The position numbers were made by a program, and so were the translations under genes. Below the pieces are notes generated by a model, which was not told where the DNA came from, searched no databases, and saw only the letters and a program-made list of their open reading frames with translations. From Octopus vulgaris (Eukaryota), in assembly GCA_951406725.2 (NCBI GenBank), contig OX597841.1:19592001-19656000 (forward strand): DNA of 64,000 bases, in the 5' to 3' direction. Positions 26,255 through 38,497 of the stretch are shown piece by piece. Every line of letters begins with the position of its first letter. The first letter of the stretch is position 1.

Positions 26255-28069
26255 ATGTGCAAGCCATGTACAGAGATGCCGTAAGTAAGGTTAGGGTTGG
26301 CAACATGTACACAGAAGAATTCAAAGTAGAGGTTGGGGTCCACCAGGGTTCAGTACTCAGCCCCCTCCTATTTATCATAGTCCTCCAGGCAATTGTGGAG
26401 GAATTCAAGACAGGCTGCCCCTGGGAGCTCCTCTATGCTGACGACCTCGCTCTAATTGCTGAGTCACTATCAGAACTGGAGCAGAAGTTCCAGGTGTGGA
26501 AGGAGGGTTTAGAATCGAGGGGCCTTAGAGTCAACCTAGCTAAAACCAAAGTACTAATAAGTAGAAAGGTAGACAATCCACAAATATCCTCAGGAAGATG
26601 GCCCTGCTCGATCTGTAGAAAAGGTGTAGGTAGAAACTCTATAAGATGTACCCAGTGTAAGCTATGGACACATAAGAGGTGCAGCAATGTCAAAGGTAGG
26701 CTAACTGGGAAGATAGTTTTTGTATGTGGCAGATGCTCGGGAGCATTGACCTCCGAAAATCTGCAGAAAATAACTTCCATCACTTTCCAAGGGGAAAAAC
26801 TAGAAGTAGTTGATAGCTCCCGATATCTAGGTGACCAAGTCAGTAGTGGGGGTGGGTGCGCTGAAAGTGTAACTGCTAGAATAAGAATAGCCTGGGCAAA
26901 GTTTAGGGAGCTCTTACCTCTGCTGGTGACTAAAGGCCTCTCGCTCAGAGTAAAAGGCAGACTGTATGATGCATGTGTATGAACAGCCATGCTACATGGC
27001 AGTGAAACATGGGCCGTGACTGCCGAGGACATGCGTAAGCTCGTGAGGAATGAAGCCAGTATGCTCCGATGGATGTGTAATGTCAGTGTACTTACTCGAC
27101 AGAGCATTAGTTCCCTGAGAGAAATGTTGTACCTAAGAAGCATCAGTTGTTGCGTGCAAGAGAGACGATTGCGCTGGTATGGTCATGTGGCGAGAATGGA
27201 TGAAGATAGGTGTGTGAGAAAGTGCCAACCCTTAGCAGTTGAGGGAACCCGTGGAAGAGGTAGACCCAGGAAAACCTGGGACGAGGTGGTGAAGCACGAC
27301 CTTCGAACTTTAGGCCTCACTGAGGAAATGACCAGCGACCGAGACCTTTGGAAATATTCTGTACGTGAGAAGACCAGGCAGGACAAGTGAGCCCAGCCGA
27401 CTTATGAATGCCTTTCCTCCCTTGGACACAAAGACCTGTTGAGGCAAGCGAAGTCGATATAGAACCTCATCCGACGACAGGCACCCATGCCAACCCCTTT
27501 GCTTGCGAAGACATGTTGGGGCAAGCGAAATCGAAATCGAATTGAACCAGCCAGGATCCCTGGTCTGGTGGTACGTAAAAAGCACTATCCGACTCGTGGC
27601 CGATGCCAGCGCCGCCTCCACTGGCTTCCGTGCCGGTGGCACGTAAAATACACCAATCTGACCGTACGACAGGCACCCATGCCAACCCCCTTGCTTGCGA
27701 AGTCATGTTGGGGCAAGCGAAATCGAAATCGAAATCGAATTGAACCAGCCAGGATCCCTGGTCTGGTGGTACGTAAAAAGCACTATCCGACTCGTGGCCG
27801 ATGCCAGCACCGCCTCGTCTGGCATAAAATACACCAATCCGACAGTGGCCGTTACCAGCCTTGCCTGGCACCTGTGCAGGTGGCACGTAAAAAGCACCCA
27901 CTACACTCACGGAGTGGTTGGCGTTAGGAAGGGCATCCAGCTGTAGAAACACTGCCAGATAAGACTGGAGCCTGGTGCAGCCTTCTGGCTTCCCAGATCC
28001 CCGGTCGAACCATCCAACCCATGCTAGCATGGAGAACGGACGTTAAACGATGATGATGATGATGATGAT
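26255..28069 (+). mobile_element. 5'-truncated RTE-clade LINE (RT C-terminal half, 3' UTR, (GAT)n tail)
   Basis: GVHQGSVLSPLLF, LLYADDL, a Cys-rich CxxC insert, LHGSETW, ERRLRWYGHV and RGRPRKTW. One in-frame TGA at 26980; stop at 27390; repetitive 3' UTR ending aaacgatgatgat. Confidence 0.93.
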
Positions 28070-28139
28070 ACACATATATATATATATACATATATATATA
28101 AACATATATATATAAACATACATATATATATATATATTA

Positions 28140-28467
28140 TATTATATTAAATTAGAGACAAAACGACTATTAGGCAAATCATACAATGAAAAACTTAAGC
28201 CAATACATAAGATTATTTAATTTATATTATTTAAATATATAACAAAATTATTAAAAAAAATATAATTAATATAACACTACGATCGTTTCATGGCTGTTAA
28301 TTTCTTTAAATTTTCGAGTTACAGTCATTCATCAGGTGGTTTAAATATTTAACTCGCCAAGTTAAATATTTAAATAATATAAATTAAATAATCTTATGTA
28401 TTGGCTTAAGTTTTTCATTGTATGATTTGCATAATAGTGGTTTTATCTCTAATTTAATATAATATTT
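28140..28467. repeat. Foldback: about 100-bp inverted repeats enclosing the hammerhead
   Basis: tattatattaaattagaga...ttatttaaatat versus atatttaaataa...tctctaatttaatataata, flanked by (TA)n. Confidence 0.9.
28273..28341 (-). ncRNA. Type-I hammerhead ribozyme motif with intact core
   Basis: aaccac-CTGATGA-atgactgt(23-nt loop)acagccat-GAAA-c-gatc-GTA-gtgtt: palindromic stem III ACGATCGT and a GUA cleavage triplet. Confidence 0.75.
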
Positions 28468-28543
28468 TACTATAAAATTGGATTCAATCCTAAATCTGAT
28501 TTTTCCCTGTAAGTTTGGATTTATTCCCTAATATTTATTATTA

Positions 28544-28603
<60 letters not shown>

Positions 28604-29115
28604 ATCAAAATCATTTCGATGACTGGCATTCATGTTAGCGGGGTGCAAAGAGCACCATACAAGTGTGATTGTTGACAGAGCGGCAATTCGAGTGTGATCG
28701 TTACCTTACTGGCACTTGTGCCTCGTGCTAGTAGGGTACCAAGAGCACCGTCCGAGTGTGATCGTTGCCAGAGCAGCCAACTGGCTTCCGTACCCTTGTA
28801 CATAAAAGGGCACCATTTCAAGCAGGATCATTACCAACGTCGCTCCACTGGCACCTGTGCCGGTGGAACGTGTAAAAAGATTCGAGCAAGGTCATTGCCA
28901 GTACCGCTTGACTGGCCCCCGGGCAAGTGGCATGTAAAAGCACCCACTACACTCTCAGAGTCATTGGCGTTAGGAAGGGCATCCAGCTGTAGAAACTCTG
29001 CCAGATCAAGACTGGAGCCTGGTGCAGCCATCTGGTTTGCCAGCCCTCAGTCTAACTAGTCCAACCCATGCTAGCATGGAAAACGGACGTTAAATGATGA
29101 TGATGATGATGATAC

Positions 29116-29298
29116 ACAAAATTTAGAGGATTGACCACTAAAGGTGGACAGCCTGTATGCTAGATATAGATGTCAAAATCGCCATTTTCCACAGAGAATG
29201 TGTTCTCAAGAAAAAAATTAGCAAAAAACCAAAGCTTTTGACATCTATATCTAGCATACAGGCTGTCCACTTTTAGTGGTCAATCCTCTAAATTTTGT
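29116..29298. repeat. Foldback: about 63-bp inverted repeats
   Basis: acaaaatttagaggattgaccactaaa...gatgtcaaaa versus ttttgacatc...tagtggtcaatcctctaaattttgt. Confidence 0.88.
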
Positions 29299-29380
29299 AT
29301 GTAAAAAACTTTTAATCTTCGAATTTTTTAAATATGCTAGGCCACTGGTTTTAATTGATTAATATCAATTTCTACCCTTA

Positions 29381-29418
<38 letters not shown>

Positions 29419-29921
29419 TATAAAGTTTATCCAAACATGAAAACACAAAGAGAAAACACAACATCGAGAGGACGTGGAACAAGTATAGTGTTATTGGACG
29501 CTTAGGAAAGGAAAGAAAGAAGGAGGGATTAACGTCTTGAGTGGAGCTCTTCATCAGAAATATAAGAAGGGGAAAGATCCAAGGAAGGGAAGACGGAGGA
29601 AAAATAGTCGCCAACGAATTACACGCGGTCACATTTTGAATGAATTATATATAAAGTAGTCAATAGACTATATATTATATCTTTATACTTATACACATAT
29701 GTAAACTCACACACACACATATATGTATAAACACATACACATATATAAACTTGGACACGCATACTCATTAAAGATAGTGTGTTTTATGAGGGAGGTTTTG
29801 CTGCTATTTCTAGCAAGTTGGCTGACTACAGTAACGTCCTGCTCACAGCAGTAGCAAGACGTTGATCAAGTGCAGGAGTTACGTACCTTGACTGCGCTGA
29901 AGCAGAGAAAAGTTGTCTTAC

Positions 29922-30015
29922 CTTGAGTTAAAACCTCTTCCAGTGTGTGGAAGAGATATTTCTGTGTGTTTCCGCTGAGGCTGGACAGTTTGGTGGTTAT
30001 CAAGATTTCCAGCAG
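29922..30015 (-). CDS. FBXO32: FBXO25/32 coding exon (94 nt)
   Basis: cttcctgtcgcAG / GTaaga. LLEILITTKLSSLSGNTQKYLFHTLEEVLTQ plus 1 nt; compare human [29 protein letters not shown]. Confidence 0.95.
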
Positions 30016-30570
30016 CTGCGACAGGAAGCAGAAAGAAGCATAAATGAATGAATGTATAGAGGCGTACGAGTGTCTATATATGGAGACGTGTGTGTATGAA
30101 CATGTGTGTGCATATATATATATATATCTTTCACTTGTTTCAATAATTTGACTGTGGCCACGCTGGAGCACCACCTTCGAGGGTTTTACTCAAAGAAATC
30201 AACCCCAGGATGTACTCTTTGTAAGCCTCTGTCTGTTTTGCTGAACTGCTAAGATAAAGGAACATAAACATACCAACACTGGTGATGCCAGGGGTACAAA
30301 GCAAAATTTCCATACTTCCTAGGGGGCAGCAAATAGGAAACAACAGCTGCTACCCAAGGGTAGAAATCTTGTTACCCAGTGTAATTCATACCCGTGTTCA
30401 GACATGGCTGAGTGGTAAAGTTTGCTTCCCAACCACATGGTTCCAGGTTCAATCTCACTTAGGTAAGTGTCTTCTACCAGAGTCCCAGGCTGACCAAAGC
30501 CTTGTGAGTGGATTTGGTAGATGGAAACTGAAAGAAGTGCATCAGGTGTGTGTGTGTGTGTGTGTGTGCA

Positions 30571-30609
<39 letters not shown>

Positions 30610-30955
30610 ATGCGTGTGTGTGTGTGTGTGTGTGCATGCGTGTGTGTGTGTGTGTGTGTGTGTGTATCTTTGTGTCTTTGTTTGTCCCCCTCCACCACTT
30701 GACAACTGGTGTTAGTGTGTTTACATCCCTATAACCTAGCGCTTCAGCAAAAGAAACTGTCAGAATAAGAACCAGGCTTTAAAAGTAACAAGTACTGGGG
30801 TCAAGACATTTCACCAACAATTCTTCAAGGAGGTGGTGCCCCAGCATGGCCGCGGTCAAATGACTGAAACAAATGACTGAAACAAGTAAAAGATAAAATA
30901 CACACACACACACTCACACTGTATATGTTTAAGGTGAGTGGAAGTGTTTACTCAC

Positions 30956-31048
30956 AGAACAAACATAGTTGAATCTGCGAACATCCTTCACAGCTCCACT
31001 GAGATCGAGTCGGATGAAAGCTTCACTCACACTCGTGTGAATTTTCCT
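30956..31048 (-). CDS. FBXO32: FBXO25/32 coding exon (93 nt)
   Basis: gtatttccAG / GTgagt. RKIHTSVSEAFIRLDLSGAVKDVRRFNYVCS matches the family motif EAFxRLD...D.RRFNYV. Confidence 0.95.
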
Positions 31049-31557
31049 CTGGAAATACACGAAATTTAGATAAATGATTCTCAATTGATAATAAGTGAGT
31101 AGAGTAAATACTAATGAGTGGGTGATATATGAGTGTGAGTGATGGAATGACAGAATCTGTTGAAGAACCATAATAGGTGAATGAGTGCAGGCGAGGCGTA
31201 AGGCAGAGTGAATGAGTTGAGTGTTTGGATTGAGCAAGGATTGGTGCAGATACAGTGAAGAATGAGTGAATGTGAGTGATGAATAAAGTGAGCACAAGCA
31301 CAATGATTGATTAGTGAATGATAACTAAAGTGAGGGAGAGAAGGGGTCATTCATCCTTCATTTATTCTGAAGATGACCAGGCTACACTGTGGACTTTCCT
31401 ATTTGCTTCTGTCTAGAAATCAAAGGAAATTTACTGCTATTCCCTTCAAACTTTGCTTTTGTGACTTGGACATCAATGTTTTGAAACTGACCTATTTTCC
31501 ATTACATTTCAGACAGATTCAGTACTGAGTTGCTGAAGCAGAAATATCATTATTTCA

Positions 31558-31965
31558 GGCGCAGGAGTGGCTGTGTGGTAAGTAGCTTGTTTACCAACCA
31601 CATAGTTCCGGGTTCATTCCCACTGCGTGGCATCTTGGGCAAGTGTCTTCTACTATAGCCTCGGGCCGACCAAAGCCTTGTCAGTGGATTTAGTAGACAG
31701 AAACTGAAAGAAGCCCGTCGTATATATGTATATATATATGCGTGTGTGTGTTTGTGTGTCTGTGTTTGTCCCTCCAACATCGTTTGACAACCGATGTTGG
31801 TGTGTTTACGTCCCCGTCACTTAGCGGTTCGGCAAAAGAGACCGATAGAATAAGTACTGGGCTTACAAAAGAATAAGTCCCAGGGTCGAGTTACTCGATT
31901 AAAGGCAGTGCTCCAGCATGGCCGCAGTCAAATGACTGAAACAAGTAAAAGAGTAAAGAGTAAAG
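31558..31965 (+). mobile_element. tRNA-derived SINE family A, representative full copy
   Basis: Head ggcgcaggagtggctgtgtggtaag (A box) and gggttcattccc (B-box-like), internal (TA)/(GT) tract, tail gcagtcaaatgactgaaacaagtaaaagag. Other plus copies at about 30400-30897, 33302-33750, 34855-35010, 35362-35760, 37728-37980 and 59668-59948. Confidence 0.9.
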
Positions 31966-33080
31966 AGAGTATTATAGCCATTAGTCTGCCCAGTATGACA
32001 GATTTGCTGGTCAGTTGCTTGACCGTAACCACTTGAGCTGACAACCCTCAGTGGCTCACAAACATGAGCATCTCTGATGACGAGGGGGATCATCACAGCC
32101 ACATGATAAGAGGAATTCTTTGGAGTTTGAATAAATGTAACAGAAGCAATGTTTGGAGGAAATATCAGCAATTTTTCATGCTTTTTAGAGGTCAGCAAAC
32201 AAGAAATATCAGTTGCTTACCCAAGGGTAAAAATCATGTTATACTGTGTTATTAGCTTTACTCTCTGAGGGTCCTGAAGAGAGTTTCTTTGGTTAATATT
32301 GGCATAAATTAAGACGGTGAGCGGGTAAAATGGTTAGCAGCATTTTGTCCATCTTCACACTCTAAATTCAAATTCCACCAAGGTCAACTTTACTTTCCGT
32401 CCTTTTAAGGTGGATAAAATAAGTACCAGCTGCACACTGGGGTCGATGTAATCAACGTACCCCTCCCCTTAAATTGCTGGCCTTGTGCCAACATTTGAAA
32501 CCAATATTGGCATAAATTCTACAATTAGAGTGGGGTTACATGATAAAGGAATCAGGACCGAGTGAGAATCTTGCTTTCCACGCAGCCCCTTACCTTTTTC
32601 AGCTTCCCTGGTCATATCTGATTCTGTGTGCTGTACTCCGCAGTGCCCTAAGTGACACTGAGTGACCTTGAGTAGGATGTTCCACTCTTGACTGTTCTGA
32701 GTTACACTTTTCGAGGTCATCTTGGAAGCACTTTTGTATCTCTTCTTTGGTCCACCACGCAACCAAGAACCAACAGCAGGTAGAATAAAGGATCAGACTG
32801 AGTGTGAGTGATGAGTGAAGACGTGTGAGTGATGAGTGAAGGAGTAAAGGGTGAGTGATGTGTGAAGTGTGAGTGATGAGTGAAGTGCATATGTGAGTAA
32901 TGAGTGAAGTGAGTGATGAGTGAAGTGTGTGTGTGTGATGAGACACATACATAGAAAGTGATGAGGTAGGAGTAAACTGATGGATCTTGCTGAAATAGAA
33001 ATTTGTTGGATTTTCACCCCTCCTCCTCCCTTCACCCCCACCCCCCACCCCCCTCTGCCAAACCCCATTTTCACACTTAC

Positions 33081-33180
33081 CTCCCTTGAAGTGCCTTTCA
33101 CAAACTGAATATGGGGTTGGTGGTTGACGTGGGTGTTTTCTTGGCGCCAATACCAGTCTGTCAAGGCCAGTCGAACCAAC
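33081..33180 (-). CDS. FBXO32: FBXO25/32 (atrogin-1 family) F-box protein, most 5' coding exon found (100 nt)
   Basis: Acceptor tctttgaaacAG, donor GTaagt. 1 nt plus LVRLALTDWYWRQENTHVNHQPHIQFVKGTSRE; the end resembles human FBXO32 ...KWIYVHKGSTKE. Phase-0 junction to the next exon. Confidence 0.8.
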
Positions 33181-33460
33181 CTGTTTCAAAGACACAAAAT
33201 GAACAAAAGATAAGGAATTGCTCCACCACTTCACACTGTTTCTGTCACTCTCTCTCTTTCTCTACCTCTCTTCAAAACAAAATAAAGGCACAATCAGTAT
33301 AGGCATTCGAGTGGCTGTGTGGTAAGTAGCTTGCTTACCAACCACATGGTTCCAGGTTCAGTCCCACTGCATGGCACCTTAGGCTAGTGTCTTCTGCTAT
33401 AGCCTCGGGCTGACCAAAGCCTTGTGAGTGGATTTGGTAGACATAAACTGAAAGAAACCC

Positions 33461-33515
<55 letters not shown>

Positions 33516-33762
33516 GTGTGTGTGTGTGTGTATGTGTGTGTGTGTGTGTGTGTGTGTATGTTTGTCCCCCCAACATCGCTTGACAACCGATGGTGGTGTG
33601 TTTACATCCCTGTAACTTAGCGGTTCGACAAAAGAGACCGATAGAGTAAGTACTCGGCTTACAAAGAATAAGTCCTGAGGTCGATGTGCTCGACTAAAGG
33701 CAGTGCTCCAGCATGGCCACAGTCAAATGACTGAAACAAGTAAATAAAAGAAAAACTATAAC

Positions 33763-34007
33763 AAATTTCAAACCTGAGTTCTCATTCCTAAGGTATTTTT
33801 TGATGTTGTTGTTATCATTATTATTATTATTATTATCATCATTATTATCATTATTATTATTAATATTATTATTATCATTAATATTATTATTATCATTAAT
33901 ATTATTATTATTATTATCATTATTATTATTAATATTATTATTATCATTAATATTATTATTATCATTATTATTATTATTATCATTATTATTATCATTATTA
34001 TTATTAA

Positions 34008-34060
<53 letters not shown>

Positions 34061-34580
34061 TATTATTATTATTATTATTATTATCATTAATATTATTATT
34101 ATCATAATAATATTATTATTATTATCATTATTATTATTAATATTATTATTATCATTAATATTATTATTATCATTATTATTATTATTATCATTATTATTAT
34201 CATTATTATTATTAATATTATTATTATTATTATTAATATTATTATTATTATTATTATTATTATCATTATTATTCAGCTCACTGCCTGGAATCGAACATGG
34301 AATCATAGGGTTAGTAGCCCACGCTCTTAACCACTATGCCATATGCCCGTGATTCCAAGTTCGATTCCAGGAAGTGACCTGAATAATAATGATAATAATA
34401 ATAATAATAATCATAAGAAAAACACCAACATCATAAAATAAACTTAGGAATGAGAACCGAGGTTTGAAATTTCCCCAAAACACCTGATGAAGGCTGGAGG
34501 GTATACCAGCCGAAATGTTGTGTTAACAACAAACAAGATGAGGACAAATATCCGTCAAATGTAATTACTGTAAATAATGT
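33763..34580 (+). mobile_element. tRNA-headed, hammerhead-tailed element with an inverted 5' duplication
   Basis: Minus-strand head 34272-34351 has A box TGGCATAGTGG and B box GTTCGATTCC; a plus-strand partial head lies at 34350-34384. Arms 33763-33813 and 34421-34472 are reverse complements. Hammerhead at 34479-34524. Confidence 0.75.
34479..34524 (+). ncRNA. Minimal type-I hammerhead ribozyme motif
   Basis: aacac-CTGATGA-a-ggctgg(agggtata)ccagcc-GAAA-tg-TT-gtgtt: 5-bp stem I and 6-bp stem II. Stem III ATGT is probably a C>T decay of palindromic ACGT. Confidence 0.75.
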
Positions 34581-35039
34581 AAAATAAGCACCAGTTGAAC
34601 TCTGGGGCTGATGTAATTGACTTGTCCCCTCTCCAGAAATTGCTGGCCTTGTGCCAAAATTTGAAACCAATATAGTAACTTTGTCTGTTATCTTTTATAT
34701 GTTTCAGTCACTGGACTGAGGCAATGGAGGGGCCCTCAATTGAAGGGGTTTTAATCAAACAAATCAACCCCAATACTTATTTTGTTTCTAAAGTCTGGCA
34801 CTTATTTTATCAATTTCCTTTTGCCAAACTGCTAAGTTATGAAATATGTGTGCTAGGTGTGTGGTAAGAAGCTTGCTTTGTAGCCACATGGTTCAAGGTT
34901 CAGTCCCACTGTGTGGCACCTTGAGCAATTGTCTTCTACTATAGCCTTAGGCCAACCAAAGCCTTGTCTGTAGATTTGGTTGATGGAGGCTGAAAGAAGC
35001 CCATCGTATGTATACATACATACATACATACATATACAT

Positions 35040-35090
<51 letters not shown>

Positions 35091-35092
35091 TA

Positions 35093-35151
<59 letters not shown>

Positions 35152-35328
35152 TTTATTTAAAACAGCAGAAAATTCAACAAAATCTGTTACTCTGAGTTTC
35201 CCGTTCCCGTTTGTCGGACAGTTTTTGCTAGAATGGAACCAATATCGGTTCCATTCTAGCATATTACTCTACCACTGGTATTTGAGTACTCTTTTTTCCA
35301 CCTTGTTTCGCATTTATGTGTTTACTCC

Positions 35329-35363
<35 letters not shown>

Positions 35364-36399
35364 GCGTGGTTGTGGGGTAAGTAGCTTGCTTACCAACCAC
35401 ATGGTTCCGGGTTCAGTCCCACTGCATGGCACCTTGGGCAAGTGTCTTCTGCTATAGCCTCGGGCAGACCAAAGCCTTGTGAGTGGATTTGGTAGACGGA
35501 AACTGAAAGAAGCCTGTCATATATATGTATATATATCTATATGTATGTGTGTGTGTGTTTGTGTGTCTGTGTTTGTCCCCCTAGCATTGCTTGACAACCG
35601 ATGCTGGTGTGTTTATGTCCCCGTCACTTAGCGGTTCGGCAAAAGAGACTGATAGAATAAGTACTGGGCTTACAAAGAATAAGTCCCGGGGTCGAGTTGC
35701 TCGACTAAAGGCGGTGTTCCAGCATGGCCGCAGTCAAATGACTGAAACAAGTAAAAAAAAAAAATAATTATATATATATGGTGTTAGGAAGGGCATCCAG
35801 CTGTAGAAACACTGCCAGATCAGACTGGAGCCTGGTGCAGCCTCCTGGCTTCCCAGACCCCGGTCGAACCGTCCAACCCATGCCAGCATGGAAAACAGGC
35901 GTTAAACGATGATGATGATGATGATGATTAAAGCCAAGTGAAATCATATTTGTGACTGATGCTGGTGTCACGTAACTGGCACCCGCACCAGTGGCACATA
36001 AAGGCACCTGTGCTCGTGGCACATAAAAAGCACCCATTACACTCTTGGAAAACATGGAAAGCCTAAATGATGATGATGATGATGATGACATATATGCATT
36101 ATATATGCATGTATGTGTTTCGTAATGCACATGACCCCTCACTCCCATGCAAAACCAGTCTGTGCAGCAAAAAAAAAAATTGATTGGGGACCTCAATGAA
36201 GATCATAGTAATCTCTAACGGAGGCTGGGGGCCAGGACTGTGTGGGGAGGGGAGCTGGGGCAGTTAATGATATTGACTTCAGTAGGTGACAGGTACATTA
36301 TTTTAGTGGGCCTTGAAGGATGAAGGGCTAAGGTTGGCTTTAGCAGGATTTGAACTCAGAATACTGCACAGCATGGTTCTGCCAGTTCCCCATCGTTGA

Positions 36400-36463
36400 A
36401 GATAACAATGATGGTGATGATAGCAAGGCTGATGATGCAGATGTTGACGGAGATAGTGATGAG

Positions 36464-36495
<32 letters not shown>

Positions 36496-36598
36496 GATGA
36501 TGGTGATGATGATATAATGATGATGATGATGATGGTGAAGATGATGATGCTGAAGATGATGATGATGGTGAAGATGATGTCAACAACAGTGGTATTGA

Positions 36599-36632
<34 letters not shown>

Positions 36633-37425
36633 GATGATGATGAAGATGATGATGATGGAGGTAGTGACGAGATGAAGATGACAGCAGTGGTGTTGATGGT
36701 GACGAGGATGCTGATAATAATGATGGTGGCTGTAAATAGAGCAGAATTATGATGGTGGTGGTGGCGGTGACCATGACACTGAGGGTGATGACAGTGGTGA
36801 TGGAGGTGATGACGGTGACGATAGTGATAGTGATGGTGGTGGTGGTGGTGATGATGGTGGTGGTGGTGGTGGTGGTGGTGGTGGTGGTGGTGGTACAATG
36901 TTATACAGTGGTGTGATGTTCTCTTTTAGCATTTCATCTTTTGTTTCCGCAATGACTCATTTCACAGCAGAATGAGGATTTTTGTATAGCACTGTCTAAA
37001 AATGGTGGTGGAGGGGGTGGCCCTGATGGTGGCCCTGATGGTGGAGGTGGTGATGGTTGCAATGGAAGGTGATGAATTCATGGTGGTGATGGTGGTTGTG
37101 GTGGTGGTGAAAGTAGTTTTTAGTATTGTGGAGAAGGTAGTATTGATGTAGTGGTAGTGGTGGTTAGAATCCTGTAATGGTGGGGAAGGTGGTAGTTGGG
37201 GTGGTGGAGAACAACAGGTGTCGATAGCTATCATCATCATCATCATCATCACAATAATGATGGCAATGACAACGACAATGATACTGATGATGATAGTGAT
37301 GATGATGATGATGATGGTGATGATGGAGATGATGGTGGTTATGGCAGAAGCAGCAGTGGCCATATTGAGCTAGTTGTCTGTGGGTGGTGGTGGTGATGGT
37401 TGTGGTTGTAATGGTGATGGTGGCC
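36400..37425. repeat. Degenerate (GAT)/(GGT)n low-complexity tract
   Basis: Direct reading. Confidence 0.92.
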
Positions 37426-37587
37426 ACAATGCTGTTTAGCCCTGTGTCAACAATGAGTAAGTAGACTTATTCGTGATCATCAGTATTCTGTCCATGACCA
37501 TCCAGTTCTTACATAAGACAATCATTTTATGGGAGGTTTGGCTGCTATTTCAATCAGTTTGAGTAACCATGTAAAAGCTCCCTCATC

Positions 37588-37646
<59 letters not shown>

Positions 37647-37980
37647 CATGTGTATATTTGTGTCAGTATTTGTCTCCCTACCATCACTTGACAACCGATG
37701 TTGGTGTGTTTACATCCCTGTAACTTAAGCGCAGGCATGGTTGTATGGTAAAAAGCTTGCTATCCAACCACAAGGTTCCGGGTTCAGTCCCACTGCATGG
37801 CACCTTGGGCAGGTGTCTTCTACTATAGCCTCAGGCTGACCAAAGCCTTGTGAGTGGATTTGGTAGACGGAAACTGAAAGAAGTTTGTTGCATATGTGTG
37901 TCTTTCTGTCTGTAATTGCCCCCCCACCACCACCATCACCACCACCACCACCACCAATCACTGCTTGACACCCAGTGTTG

Positions 37981-38443
37981 GCATATCCCAAAGTATGCCA
38001 ATACACACAGATAGAGAAATTAAGGCCAACAGACCAGATATAGTTGTCAGAGATCATGAAGAAAAACAAATGCTTTCTAATTGACGTATCAATACCAGCA
38101 GATGACAACGTGTCTCTAAAAGAAATGGAGAAACTTTCAAAATACAAAGACCTGGAAATAGAGGTAACCAGAATGTGGAATCTAAAAACAGAAACAATCC
38201 CTATCATAGTAGGTGCATTAGGCATGATAAAAAAATATTCAGACAAATACATAACAAAAACACCAGGACTTACAAACACATATAACATACAGAAAATTGC
38301 ACTACTAGGCACTGCACACATCCTACGCAGAACACTTTCCATACAATAACCATCAGAGCATCACAACAAATCACAGCACATACCCAAGGCACACAGAGCT
38401 GCGCTCGGTAGTGAAGTGAAAGCACCCTATAAAAATAAAACTA

Positions 38444-38497
<54 letters not shown>
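37981..38497 (+). mobile_element. 3' fragment of an R4/Dong-like non-LTR element (restriction-like endonuclease) with (TAA)n tail
   Basis: IHTDREIKANRPDIVV...CFLIDVSIP.D.NV..KE.EK..KY..L...W......PIIVGALG with one frameshift near 38065. Confidence 0.88.

Noticed and set aside
26433-27143. 236-aa minus-strand ORF
   Set aside because: Antisense shadow of the RTE reverse transcriptase frame.
29528-29562. Minus-strand CTGATGA-agagc hammerhead candidate
   Set aside because: GAAAC has decayed to AAGAC and the stems are broken; probably a dead relic, so not called.
34272-34351. Functional tRNA gene
   Set aside because: A and B boxes are present but there is no convincing acceptor stem or T-run terminator; it is the head of a repeat.
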